DNA from: Bispira polyomma
Taxonomy: Eukaryota
Direction: 5' to 3'
Length of the DNA: 64,000 nt
NCBI GenBank assembly: GCA_965649765.1
Contig: OZ287760.1
Coordinates: 34,100,001-34,164,000, forward strand
Of this stretch, positions 39,612-52,648 are shown one piece after another (position 1 is the stretch's first letter; each line of letters begins with the position of its first letter). Both the position numbers and the translations under genes were made by a program. The notes beneath the pieces are model-generated. The model did no database searches, was not told the DNA's origin, and was given only the letters and a program-made list of their open reading frames with translations.

Positions 39612-39672
39612 CTGGAATAACCAATACTAACGATAAAATAACACATGAGTATGTCTTTAATAAAAACGTCAT
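39612..39672 (-). CDS. Death-domain gene, first coding exon (signal peptide)
   Basis: aagcATG; MTFLLKTYSCVILSLVLVIP G|gtaagt; phase 1 is compatible with the downstream exons. Confidence 0.75.
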
Positions 39673-40476
39673 GCTTAAAACAGTTTTATACAAGACTACA
39701 CAAGCTTGTCAAATTTAATTAACACATAAACAAACAGCAGAATATTAAATATTCCATGCAGTTAGTATAATGTATAAAACCTAATATATTATATAATTGT
39801 CTTTTGCAAAAAAACAGTCACATAATTATATACTGTTGTGTACTTGTTTGTAATCCAGTATTAAAGTACACACATATATTTGTGTATTATAAAAACCGTC
39901 TCCACTCATTATTCTAAAACCCTGGGCAAATATACAATCTTCAGTATGAGTCTATAGATGACGTCAGATAGTTTGGCAAGATTCCTAATTAAACGTCCCA
40001 TATTTAATACACATACACAATTTATTTGTATTGAGCTAGACTCAATATATTTATGTATAAAGATGACTCATAAAAAGACCTTTCACTTAAAGTGAAGTAC
40101 ACGTGTGCTCAATATATGATTCACTCTGTTGGTACACACAGATGCATTGATAAACAATTTTCTCACCTGAATATTATGACATGCAATCCATGGACTTATA
40201 AGGAATATAGTGTTTCTCACTCTATTGATCGGCCGACAAAAAGGTCCCGAGTCATTGACGGAAATAGCCGAATAAAGTTAGTCGGGTGCACGATCTTTTG
40301 ACGAGTGATAAAACAGTAAATTGCTGATGTTCTCATGTATATCTTATCATATAATCACATATAAAAATGTGTCACATTTCATGATCTCGACATTTAATGT
40401 CATAATATGTCTTGAACGTATTTATAATGTCATATTTGTGACACGGGAGTTTTTATGTAGCAATAACGTCCCCGTG

Positions 40477-40678
40477 TACTGACGCGACAGCCATAGTGGG
40501 CAGTAACTTTAGATATAAAAATTTTATCCATTTAACAAGTAATCTGACCCGTTTTGGATACAAAGTCTGTATGAAAATGGAATTAGTGTTATAGGTACTT
40601 TATATTTTACAGATTAGGTTTTAAATGAAACACATTTTATATTTGAAGTTACTGTCCGCTATGGCTGTCCCGTCAGTA
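40477..40678. mobile_element. TA-flanked MITE with ~44-bp TIRs
   Basis: TACTGACGCGACAGCCATAGTGGGCAGTAACTTTAGATATAAAA inverted as TTTTATATTTGAAGTTACTGTCCGCTATGGCTGTCCCGTCAGTA. Confidence 0.75.
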
Positions 40679-41118
40679 AAGCTGTCCACTCGCGTATATT
40701 ACCTTTCAATTTTGTTCACAAAAATGTATAATTTAATGTGACTTACTTACTTAATAAGTAACATAAGTAACATGTAGATAGTGGTTTAGTTTGCCAAGTC
40801 TTTAATTAAGAAGATTATTAAAAATATTGGGTCACTTCTGATTTATTTTCTTGTAAATTGTTAGTTAGATGGACGAGGGACTTTAAAACCACAATGCGCC
40901 AGTGTAATACACATTGTAAATTAGGCCGTATTATAAAGTTATACTGCATTTGGATGATAAATCAACGTCTGAAGATAAATCCAAGTACAACAACATATAG
41001 AATACAAAATAAATAGTTAATTAGGACACAAGTAAACACAAATTGGTGAAGCACTTTTTGCCTTATACGCAATGAGCATTTAACAAAAGTCGCATGGTTC
41101 CCAGAAAATGTTCTTTTA

Positions 41119-42150
41119 ATAGACCGAATAATCTGTCCCTATTTAGCGAGATTCCTTGCTGATATTTTGACGGCTGAATCACGAAAAGGGACAGAACGGC
41201 TTCCATAAGCTAAACGTTGTAAATTTAACCTGACGTAACATGGCCGACAGTGTGATTCCGATGATTTTGGTTTAGTTTTTACTTTAGATTAATTGGTATG
41301 TACCATGTTGGCATGAAGTGACAGAAAATCGGTAGCTACAGGGGGGGGGGGGGGGGGGGACAGCGATTCGCTCAAAATTCACAGAAATTTAACAAATATG
41401 AGCAAAAGGAAATAATGTTGAGGCAATTCAATGGTAATTTATGGAGGTGGTTCCATTGCATATAAACCTGACTCGTAACCAGATACATTAAGGTACTTCT
41501 GATGAATTTTGACCACAAGTTAGAAGCTAAAGTCACTGGGTTAATATAGATTAAAAAGTGGACAGCATTTCGCCATTTTCAAACAATAGTAAATATTTAG
41601 AAAAAATATTACTTATAATTTTTATTAACAATAATAATTATATTATGAAAGATTTTATGTACACGATACAAAATATGAGAAACAGAAAAGAAACCCCAAT
41701 ACAGCCCAATAGCCAATTATTAGTACTGTCTAATCATCAGCCTCAAATTTTGTGCAGTACCACTATTTATTTGGCTATGTTGATACTTTAAATTCATTTA
41801 AAATTTATTTAGGCAGACAGCATTCTATATATTTGTAGTGTAGGCATGTGTATGTTATATGAATATTATAGTGCGAAAATAATTCCTTTAAAATGAATAT
41901 TATACAGTGATTAGGTGTAATAACCATATTAATGGCGAAATGCTGTCCACCACAAATTGCTGTCCACCCCCTTGTATATCATATATAAGGAATGAGGGTA
42001 TATATTTATTTTTACCAGATTCTGTCTCTATACATGCCGATTTTGATTTACAACGTTTTCCTTATGGAGGCCGTTCTGTCCCTTTTCGTGATTCAGCCGT
42101 CCATATATCAGCAAGGAATCTCGCTAAAAGGGACAGATTATTCGGTCTAT
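41119..42150. mobile_element. Foldback/MITE element with ~105-bp TIRs and a nested inverted pair (41558-41950)
   Basis: ATAGACCGAATAATCTGTCCCT...AAACGTTGTAAAT (41119-41224) is inverted at 42046-42150. Internal GTGGACAGCATTTCGCCATT / AATGGCGAAATGCTGTCCAC is a perfect 20-bp inverted pair. Confidence 0.85.
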
Positions 42151-44164
42151 CCTTTTAACTACAGGGGCTTTGTTCACTAAAGGTTCTGGTCTTAACTTAT
42201 GTCTAAACTATGTAAGACTACTTACTATTAGTCTATGATGTTAAGCTCAAAGTTTAGACTAAGCAAAGATCTATTCTTATTGTCACTGGGACTAAAACTA
42301 AAGTCTTAAGCTCAAAACCAAAACTAGAAAATCGACGTAGTTATAATAATGTGCTTAGATTAATTAAAATCAATATACATAAATGAACGTGCTGCTTTAA
42401 TTAAAGCCATTATTAACTAAGCAATAGAAAACAAAGTGTTTGAAGATTGTGAAAAGAGGAACAAGATATCTGATTTAAATTTATTTAAAGCTAAAGACAA
42501 AGCCATTTTGTGACTACAGTCTCTGAATTAGAGGAACCATACTTTGCAATTGTACGCACTATACAATAATATCTTGGGTTAATTGTCTTGAACCAAGGAC
42601 GTGATGCTATGAAGAAATGACCAACTCATTATGTAACACACACGTTGAGATGTGCAGGGATTTCTGGTTGTTTTTTGGAGTTATTTGGTCAAAGAAAATC
42701 TCACAAACTTTTGACAAAAATAAAAGGCCAAATTGGGCCCTTATCACTTACCATGGTATTTTTTTTACGGGAATGACAGCTACTGGTACGGTTCCTGTGG
42801 TCAAGGGTAAACCAGAGAAAATTACATTATATACTGGTGGAAACTCGAGTCCAGACCCACACACACAAAGCTTTACACTGGAACATGGACGGTCTCCAAG
42901 ATAAACAGCATCTCCTGGAGGGCTCTACCTTGCTGAAAACACTTATGGCATAGTGTGTGTAAAGTGTAAACCACACCAAATCTGAGACAAGAGGTTATAT
43001 CATATCCTTGGTGGGATTCAAAGTTAAACCTCTATAAAGCTCGGATGTAAATGCAATTAGTTCTTTATAGTACTACAATCGATGGCCTTGGATCCTCCGT
43101 GGTGCATATCCCAATCAAGAAAGTAGTCCACTAGAAGGAAATGGTTTGTGATGTGGAAGTCCACTAAAAAAAAAAACAGACTTTTAATACGGCAGACACT
43201 TGCATTAATAAAGATTTTGAGTTTTCTCAAAACAGTAATCCTTGTTTCAGTACGGATATTTGTTGCGAGACTGTACAATTCAGTTGGTGCTATGACTTCA
43301 AATGTTCTGGAACCAGCTAATATTTTATTTTTTTTTGGTGGGGGGCGAGGTATCACCAGATGTGGAAAGATAATTTCCTCTGGTAAGATTGCGGAGAGAT
43401 GTTATCAATGCTACGGTAGGTGGTTGTTGAATATGAATTGCCTTAAAAGTGAGAGCATTTAAATTGAATACAGAACTCGATCAATAGCCAGTGGAGCCTT
43501 ATATTAGGACAGTATGGGACAACTTGACATACAATTCTACAAAGATTGTTTGGAATCTTCTACAGCTTTTTATTAGGTCCAGCCTGATGTTCAAAATTTT
43601 AAAAGGGCGCCGCCATCTTAGAAATAATAGGCAAGGCCTTCATGGATTGGTTGGAAGAAATCGACCCACCCAAACTGAGGGGTGTCAGCTTAATACTATC
43701 AGGCACTGCCTGATATTGTCATCATGTTAGAAATAATATGCAAGACCTTCATAGATTGGTTTGGAAGAAATCGACCTGGTCAAACTGAAGGGCGTGTCAG
43801 ATTAACATTTCTCACACTGTAAATGGGAGAAATGGGGTGTCAGATTAATATTTCTCACACTGTAAATAAGGTGTCAGATTAATATTTCTCACACTGTGCG
43901 CCTGTGTCTTTTTTTAAGAGACACCTCTTGTTTATCATTGTTTTTTTTCACAAAATCCAAAACTTAAGTATTCACTTAGCTAAGAAAAACCTTGTACTCT
44001 TTAAGTGTTTAAACTCAGCTAGGTGTACAGAATCTGAGCATAGGTCCTATTGCAGTCAGTTGACAAACAAGCCACTATGAAACAGCAAATAATTTAAACA
44101 ATTAACAGGGCTAACCATTTCTGGACGCAGAATAGCAGTGAGCCACCAACGATACAAGACATGT

Positions 44165-44915
44165 TAGAGCATAGAGTGGTCATCAATATCCTAAGGACCG
44201 TCCTCGGTCTATCTTAGAGTGTAGAGTAGTCATCAATATACTAAGGACCGTCCTCGGTCTATCTTAGAGTGTAGAGTAGTCATCAATATCCTAAGGACCG
44301 TCCTCAGTCTATCTTAGAGTGTACAGTGGTCATCAATATCCTAAGGACCGGCCTTGGTCTATCTTAAAGTGTAGAGTAGTCATCAATATCTTAAGGACCG
44401 TCCTCGGTCTATCTTAGAGTGTAGAGTGGTCATCAATATCCTAAGGACCGGCCTCGGTCTGTCTTAAAGTGTAGAGTAGTCATCAATATCTTAAGGACCG
44501 TCCTCGGTCTATCTTAGAGTGTAGAGTGGTCATCAATATCCTAAGGACCATCCTCGGTCTATCTTAGAGTGTAGAGTAGTCATCAATATCTTAAGGACCG
44601 TCCTCGGTCTATCTTAGAGTGTAGAGTGGTCATCAATATCCTAAGGACCATCCTCGGTCTATCTTAGAGTGTAGAGTAGTCATCAATATCTTAAGGACCG
44701 TCCTCGATCTATCTTAGAGTGTAGAGTGGTCATCAATATCCTAAGGACCGTCCTTGGTCTATCTTAAGAGTGTAGAGTGGACATCAATATCCTAAGGACC
44801 ATCCTCGGTCTATCTTAGGGTGTAGAGTGGTCATCAATATCTTAAGGACCGTCCTCGGTCTATCTTAAGAGTGTAGAGTGGTCATCAATATCCTAAGGGC
44901 CGTCCTGAGTCTACT
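44165..44915. repeat. 50-bp minisatellite (~15 copies)
   Basis: AGAGTGTAGAGTGGTCATCAATATCCTAAGGACCGTCCTCGGTCTATCTT repeated. Confidence 0.95.
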
Positions 44916-45071
44916 TACTCCATCACAGTTGACTGCCCTTTTACAGGTAGTGTGCAGTGACATAAACTAGGAGAGTTATCACAGCATACGTCCTCAATCT
45001 ATTTACTCCATCACAGTTGACTGTCCAAGTAGTGTGCAGTGACATAAACTAGTAGACTTATCACAGCATAC

Positions 45072-46254
45072 AACTAGACCTAGCGCATCGCAGAACCGAT
45101 GCATATTTGTATCCATCAAAAAGAGAAAGCACCCCAGGTAGCAAGCACCCTAGCTAGCACCCAAGCTAGAAGCCTATGATTTCCTATAGGGCATTTATGC
45201 TAAAGCCTTAAATGGCACAAGTGGGTTTGACATGGCAAACCTGTGGGACCAATACCAAGTGTAAGATAGGCACTTTAAAGTTTGGCCTCCCGTTTGACTT
45301 TGCACAAGGGATTGAAGGTGAAATCTGACCACAGCAAAAGATTACCAGCCCATGATTTCCTATAGGTTGGTTTGACATCCCAAACCTATACGACCAATAT
45401 TGAGATATAGGCACTTTTAATTTGATCTTGAACGAGGGGCCCAAGGTCAAATTGTACCACATCAAAAGATTCCCAGGCCTTGATTTCCTATAGGTTGGTT
45501 TGGCACTCCAAACCTCTAGGACCAATAATAAGTGAGATATAGGCACTTTTAAGTTTAGCCATCCGCATTTGACCTTAAACAAGGGTCCAAAGGTCAAATG
45601 GGACCACATCAAAAGATTCCCAGGCCATGATTTCCTATAGGTTGTTTCACATCCAAAACCTGTTTGACCAAAAATAAGAGAGATATATGCACTTTTAGGT
45701 TTGGCCATCCCTGTTTGACCTTGAAGGAGAGGCCCAAGGTCAAATCTGAGCACATCAAAAGATTCGCTACTCGTGATTTCATATAGGTTGGTTTCGGATA
45801 CCAACATCGAGGACCAATATTAGGCGAGATTTAGGCACTTTGGGAAAGTTTGGCCAAAATCGGTCACTTAGGGTACTTTGGCACTCTGTGGATGACCTTA
45901 AATGAGGAGATTGAAGGTCAAATGTGTGTATGCTTATACAGGACATATATAGCCATTAAACATATCACCCGTAAAGAAATTCAACCTTCTACAGCTGAGA
46001 AACAGACACAGTTAAAAGCCTAATTATTTTCGAAGAATTGCCCGTGGTGGCCATTTTATTTTTCAAAATGGGGCCAAAATTACTCCCAGGCAAGCTTTTG
46101 TAATAAAGAACATTTTCTGTAAATTTCAGGAGCCTAGGTGTAAAAGTTTTTCCAGGGGAGCGGTAACAGTGAAATCTCTACACACACTGACACGGCGGCA
46201 GTCAATCGCAGTTAATCGTATCCACCGAAGTTTTTCGGTGGATACGATTAACTG
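45072..46254 (+). mobile_element. Non-autonomous Helentron/HINE-like element, copy 1
   Basis: AACTAGACC start, subterminal GTATCCA inverted to the 3' TGGATAC, internal ~140-bp TGACCTT/AAGGTCA tandem units, 3' hairpin; a second full copy lies at 59910-61130. Confidence 0.7.
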
Positions 46255-47024
46255 GGTTTTTGGGACATGGCAACCATATTATTACAATTCACATATATTG
46301 GTTTATTCTTTATTTCTTCTTACTTTACATCATATTTTGCTAGTTTGCTAATCTATGTATTTCTTTCAGTAATACTTCATGTACATTGTTTGATATGATT
46401 GATTCACAAATTGATGTTTTGTTGTTCCTTTTTTTTGTGTTTTAAAATGTCTCTTCCTTTTGATGAACCTTCTTTTATCCAACAAAACAGTTCTCCCTGA
46501 ACATGTTCCGATGATAAAATATTAAGATTTACGTTGTTAGTTTTCAGTAAAAATATGATAGTAAATAGAAATTCGAGAAGTTGAAATGTCAAACTTTGCA
46601 TGGTATTAGGAAGAGTAACAATATTGATGAATGTAAAAAAATGTCCATTTTGTACTTCTTTGATCGATGAAAATATGAATGCTAGAAACCTGTATGTTTT
46701 CTTCTTTCCCCAAAAACTGACTGTCACTCATACCCACCTATGTAGCCGCTTTGCATCAACATTTTATACAACTTACAAAAAGTCACAGCTTGTAGCTAGT
46801 ATCAGCAAAATGATTATTTTTACCAAATTAACGATAACATATAAACTCACACAACCTTACATGGACCCTTGGGTAATTCTACTATATCGAAGGAAAATAC
46901 TTGACACAGTTTGATGACATCACAAAAGAATAAATATATTTTTCTTTATGTTAAATGCCATATACCAAATATATTTTATTCCTGTGTGCTGAGGGGGCTA
47001 TTATACAATAATATTTTTTACCGT

Positions 47025-47530
47025 CGATGACATTCTGTTACTGTTACAAGCCAGCAGTGAATGACATTCTGTTACTGTTACAAGCTAGCACTGAATGACA
47101 TTCTGTTACTGTTACAAGCCAGCAGTGAATGACATTCTGTTAAAAGCTAGCACTGAATGTCATTCTGTTACAAGCTAGCAGTGAATGACACTCTGATACT
47201 GTTACAAGCTAGCAGTGAATGACACTCTGTTACTGTTACAAGCTAGCAGTGAATGACATTCTGTTACTGTTACAAGCTAGCAGTGAATGACACTCTGTTA
47301 CTGTTACAAGCTAGCAGTGAATGACATTCTGTTACAAAGCTAGCACTGAATGACATTCTGTTACTGTTACAAGCTAGCAGTGAATGACATTCTGTTACAA
47401 GCTAGCAGTGAATGACACTCTGTTACTGTTACAAGCTAGCACTGAATGACATTCTGTTACTGTTACAAGCCAGCAGTGAATGACACTCTGTTACTGTTAC
47501 AAGCTAGCACTGAATGACATTCTGTTACTC
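47025..47530. repeat. ~34-bp minisatellite downstream of ELAC1
   Basis: GACATTCTGTTACTGTTACAAGCTAGCAGTGAAT repeated ~15 times. Confidence 0.95.
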
Positions 47531-47640
47531 CCAGAACCTATGTATGTCAGCAAGTATGTCAACATCCCCCAAAAATATTATTTTATTTTCCTTCACTTTA
47601 CAGTTTCTTTTGAGTCCAAAAGGTAGAACTGTATTCCGTA

Positions 47641-47760
47641 TCACACACAATCTCCCTGGGGTACAGGTACGGTCAGAAAATCCTCAGCAGCCAGAACTTC
47701 CACGGACTGAAATGCCTCCCTGGACTGAAGCAGTAACTTGTCCACACTCCATTCATTGTC
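47641..47760 (-). CDS. ELAC1: tRNase Z short form (ELAC1), terminal exon
   Basis: ttttacag|GAC...; DNEWSVDKLLLQSREAFQSVEVLAAEDFLTVPVPQGDCV* includes the AxD motif; AATAAA lies ~55 nt after the stop. Confidence 0.85.
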   Translation of the reverse strand, partial: DNEWSVDKLLLQSREAFQSVEVLAAEDFLTVPVPQGDCV

Positions 47761-48569
47761 CTGTAAAATTACAAGAAATAGTATCAGAGATCTTGAAACC
47801 CCACAGAGTTAGTGTGACATCAAACCATGACGTTACATTTAAGGTTGTGTATTTTTAACTCACTTTCAACCGCTCTAGGTCAGATCGCAACGGCCAGATT
47901 CAATGGTGGACGACACTAGCCCTGTAACCACTGTGTATACCACCGACCTGATATCTGTTTATGACCACAAATTCACTTCTGCTTATCAGGGAATTTGACT
48001 TAACAGAGTTCTACTGAGAGGGGTTTCACTGTAACTTATTAATATTAAAGATTAACCGAAGGAAGACAGACAAATTTACAAGTTTTCAACCAAGGTTACA
48101 CCAGGAGACGGGTAAATTTTGCACGCTGAAACATATCCATCAAATGGTAAAACAATCACAATTCACTATAACCACATTTATTATAGCAAAATGTACTCGT
48201 ATAAGCAGCATTTACTTGGTAAGTGTCCAATATAGGCTCAGCAGGTATCAGCTTTTCACCTAGAATTTTTCACCAGTTCATTTTTCTGTGGTATTTTACA
48301 CAATTTAGTTGTGCTTTTACGGTCTTTTTAACAGCAACCAAATTCAATGGTAAAAGAAACCAGTGCTGAAGTCACTCTAAACCATGGACCTATGACAAGT
48401 ACCTCACAAACCAGTGGTTATAAGCGTCTGCTTTAAAATTACTGACGTCTCACATCTGGGGATTGCATCCCACAGATTCCTTCTCCATGTGGGAAAGTTT
48501 TTCAGGTACTTTCCGTAGGTCGTTGGTTTCCCTCCACCACTAAACATGGCCATCACAATGTGACCAAAA

Positions 48570-49035
48570 CTATTCAGTGCCTTAAATCACTGATTACCAG
48601 TCATCTACTCACCTTACATTCCTTATTCAGTGGCTTAACTCACTGATTACCAGTCATCTACTCACCTTACATTCCTTATTCAGTGGCTTATATTTCTGAG
48701 TACCAGTTGTCTGCTGACCTTACATTCCTTATTCAGTGGCTTATATCTTTGACTACCAGTCATCTACTCACCTTACATTCCTTATTCAGTGGCTTAATCT
48801 CTGAGTACCAGTTGTCTGCTGACCTTACATTCCTTATTCAGTGGCTTAAATCACTGATTACCAGTCATCTACTCACCTTACATTCCTTATTCAGTGGCTT
48901 ATATCTCTGAGTACCAGTTGTCTGCTGACCTTACATTCCTTATTCAGTGGCTTAAATCACTGATTACCAATCATCTACTCACCTTACATTCCTTATTCAG
49001 TGGCTTATATCTTTGACTACCAGTCATCTACTCAC
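48570..49035 (-). repeat. 53-bp tandem repeat copying an ELAC1 exon end + donor (8 extra copies)
   Basis: TAAGCCACTGAATAAGGAATGTAAG|gtgagt (or gtcagc) repeated. Confidence 0.9.
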
Positions 49036-49130
49036 CTTACATTCCTTATTCAGTGGCTTATATCTTTGACTGAAGTGTGTAATCACTAGTCTCTTGGCGC
49101 CCACACGACGTGCAAACGACCCCGCCATCT
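49036..49130 (-). CDS. ELAC1: ELAC1 exon (motif V)
   Basis: EMAGSFARRVGAKRLVITHFSQRYKPLNKECK matches the recalled ELAC1 segment AKRLVLTHFSQRYKP; ag/gtgagt, phase 1-0. Confidence 0.95.
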
Positions 49131-49411
49131 CTGGAACAAAAATATTACAGTAAAACCTTGTTTTTATGTTAGTGTAACAAACGTAATTCTGAACAAGAAT
49201 AATATTAATGAAAATAATGACGCTAGAACAGGTGAAGTTTTAGTATCCAAACATATTTAGGTGAGCAAGATTTTGTTCAGATAATAAAAGGCTCATCAAA
49301 CAGAAGGGGTATGTCTTTATAAAACAATAGGAAAATTTGTGAAATGGGAAGGAGTTCATAACAACAGAAAGTGTGTAATACAAAGAAAGATATAAACATC
49401 TCCTCTATAAT

Positions 49412-50842
49412 AACCAGGTGTAAAGGTAATACATAACACAGGTGTAAAGGTGATCCATAACACAGGTGTAAAGGTGATACATAACACAGGTGTAAAGGTG
49501 ATACATAACACAGGTGTAAAGGTAATACATAACACAGGTGTAAAGGTAATAAATAACACAGGTGTAAAGGTAATACATAACACAGGTGTAAAGGTAACAC
49601 ATACCACATGTGTAAAGGTGATACATAACAAGATGCAAAGGTAATACATAACACAGGTGTAAAGGTGATACATAACACAGGTGTAAAGGTAATACATAAC
49701 ACAGGTGTAAAGGTAATACATAACACAGGTGTAAAGGTAATACATAACACAGGTGTAAAGGTAATACATAACACAGGTGTAAAGGTAATACATAACACAG
49801 GTGTAAAGGTGATATATAACACAGGTGTAAAGGTAATACATAACACAGGTGTAAAGGTGATACATAACACAGGTGTAAAGGTAATACATAACCAGGTGTA
49901 AAGGTAATACATAACCAGGTGTAAAGGTAATACATATCACAGGTGTAAAGGTAATACATAACACTGGTGTAAAGGTGATACATAACACAGGTGTAAAGGT
50001 AATACATATCACAGGTGTAAAGGTAATACATAACAAGATGCAAAGGTAATACATAACACAGGTGTAAAGGTAATACATAACACAGGTGTAAAGGTAATAC
50101 ATAACACAGGTGTAAAGGTAATACATATCACAGGTGTAAAGGTAATACATAACACTGGTGTAAAGGTGATACATAACACAGGTGTAAAGGTAATACATAT
50201 CACAGGTGTAAAGGTAATACATAACATAGGTGTAAAGGTAATACATAACACAGGTGTAAAGGTAATACATAACACAGGTGTAAAGGTAACACATACCACA
50301 GGTGTAAAGGTGATACATAACAAGATGCAAAGGTAATACATAACACAGGTGTAAAGGTAATACATAACACAGGTGTAAAGGTGATACATAACACAGGTGT
50401 AAAGGTAATACACAACACAGGTATAAAGGTAATACATAACACAGGTGTAAAGGTAATACATAACACAGATGTAAAGGTGATATATAACATAGGTGTAAAG
50501 GTAATACATATCACAGGTGTAAAGGTAATACATAACACAGATGTAAAGGTGATATATAACATAGGTGTAAAGGTAATACATAACACAGGTGTAAAGGTAA
50601 TACATAACACAGGTGTAAAGGTAATACATAACACAGTGTAAAGGTAATATATAACACAGGTGTAAAGACAATACATAACACATGTGTAAAGGTGATACAT
50701 AACACAGGTGTAAAGGTAATACATAACCAGGTGTAAAGGTGATATATAACACAGGTGTAAAGGTAATACATAACACAGGTGTAAAGGTAATACATAACAC
50801 AGTGTAAAGGTAATACATAACACAGGTGTAAAGGTAATATAT
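49412..50842. repeat. 24-bp minisatellite (~60 copies) in an ELAC1 intron
   Basis: CAGGTGTAAAGGTAATACATAACA repeated; it generates the long repetitive ORFs in the track. Confidence 0.97.
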
Positions 50843-51114
50843 AAAGGAGCTACACATCAACATTCATAAAGTCCATTATATTAAGTATGGAAATCTACCT
50901 AGCATTTTAGGGGGAAGTCTCCACACTGTAATACAGGTTATACTGTAATATAAAAAGAGTGTTGTCTATTTCAATGGATGTTATCTATTCATATGGGTGT
51001 TGTCTATTTCAATGGGTGTTATCTATTCATATGGGTGTTATCTATTCAAATGACTCTTTTCTATTTAAATGAGTGTTGCCAAAATTCCCACATACATTAA
51101 GTGTCACATCTTAC

Positions 51115-51295
51115 CTGGCGTGGAATGACCTTTTAGAATACACGATTCCTTCAGTTCATTATCTAGTGTGGTCTCGTGTACAACTACAGATGCATTGCTG
51201 GACAGTTTCTCCATCTGTACGCTGTCACTCGTGTCCCCCAGTATCACCACCTTCCTACCGGGACGACTGGGTCCTAATACCTCTTCTGGGGTGAT
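51115..51295 (-). CDS. ELAC1: ELAC1 exon (motif IV GDT, HExT, HST)
   Basis: ITPEEVLGPSRPGRKVVILGDTSDSVQMEKLSSNASVVVHETTLDNELKESCILKGHSTP; tag/gtaaga, phase 0-1. Confidence 0.95.
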
Positions 51296-51819
51296 CTAAA
51301 AGGTATACGTGTAAAAACAAGAGAACTGAGTGCCGGAATGGGCATGCTGTCAGTAGTGGAAAAATTGTTTAGGTTGGTGGAGATCGATATGAAATTTAAA
51401 ATTACTTCCATATCGGCCGATAATTGCGACATAGAAAGAAACTGAAATGTATCTCCAAATGAAAAAAATCTGCCCGAATGAAAGTGGAATTGAGAACCCC
51501 TAAATATGTTTACAAGTAAAAATGGACTTAAAATGGTTATCATTCATTATATATAAGTTTTATTAACCTTAAACATATCATTAACATTGTTGTATAATAA
51601 TAAATGTTGTCTCAAGGTGCTTCATTGATGCAAGGCATCTCCTAAAGCGCAACAACCAAAACCATTAACTATTCGAGAAGTCCAAGGGTAGGACGTAAAA
51701 CACAAGAACTGAGGGCATCAAAACAGTAAATCTCAATCATAGAGCAAAGTGTATACATTTTAATTTATTAGGTTTCACGTTGCTTTCAACAGCTAAGGGT
51801 CATAGAGAGATTTGAAAGT

Positions 51820-52460
51820 ATCTGACTACAGAGGCTACAGATGCCTCATTCATGCATTTATTATATCAAAACTAGACAGCCTCAACAGCCTTCTTGATGG
51901 TCTTCCCAGCTCTCAAATCAGTCGATTACAACGTGTTCAGAGCTGTGCGGCAAAAATCATAACATTAAACCGCAAGTGTGATCATGTGACTCCCATTCTT
52001 CAGAAGCTTCAATGGTTACCTATACAGCAAATGATTGAATTCAAAATTCTTCTGCTGACTTTCAAAGCCCTCAGGGGACTTGCTCTACAATATAATTCCA
52101 AGCTACTGACAAAAAGGGAATCTTGTCAGATAACCCACTCCAGTGATAAGCTCCAACTCATAATTCCAAGGTCAGAATGCAAAAACATTTGGTGGTCGTG
52201 CATTTTCAGTAGCTGCACTAACACTATAGAACTCTCTACCTGAAGACATCAAGACCTTAGTTTCTGTTGACAGTTTTAAATTAAAATAAAAGACTTTATT
52301 TATTTAGAAAAGCCTATAGCCAACCCTAGTGTCACTATTGTCTTTATTGACAAATATGTTGTAACAGTATGTGTCTTAAGTAAATGGTTGCCATTTGTAA
52401 AGCGCCTTGGAACAGACGTTTGTCTAAATATTGGCGCTATAAAAATATAACTATTATTAA
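51820..52460 (+). mobile_element. 5'-truncated, degenerate L2/CR1-group LINE (ORF2 C-terminus + tail)
   Basis: LIHAFIISKLDSLNSLLDGLP...LQRVQSCAAKII...HVTPILQKLQWLPI...FKILLLTFKALRGLA is the typical post-RT region; frameshifted downstream; GTAAAGCGCC...GGCGCTATAAA tail. Confidence 0.85.
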
Positions 52461-52469
52461 TATATCCCG

Positions 52470-52648
52470 ATGGCCAGATTCAATGGTGGCAGACACCAGT
52501 GCTGAAGCCACAGTGTAAACCATCGACCTATGGCAAGTACCTGAGAAACTTTTCCCACATGAAGGAACGGGCGGGATTCAAACCCACACTGGTGAGAGGC
52601 AAGTGACTGTGAAGCTAATGTTTCTAACCACTAAAGTCACTGCAGCCC
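52470..52648 (-). mobile_element. tRNA-derived SINE family; copies at ~2740-2900(+), 3330-3420(+), 14200-14390, 32810-32965, 36030-36225, 37490-37672, 48340-48570, 54440-54600, 55330-55520
   Basis: Box A/B-like TAGTGGTTAG...GGGTTTGAATCCC head plus a shared GTGGGAAAGTT...GTAGGTCGGTGGTTT...CCACCATTGAATCTGGCC body. Confidence 0.75.

Noticed and set aside
45208-45807. 199-aa minus-strand ORF
   Set aside because: It lies in the internal tandem units of the Helentron-like element and is not preserved in the second copy.
49277-50863. Long overlapping ORFs (LCITFTPV / MYYLYTCV / IHNTGVKV repeats)
   Set aside because: They are a by-product of a stop-poor 24-bp minisatellite inside an ELAC1 intron, open in several frames on both strands.
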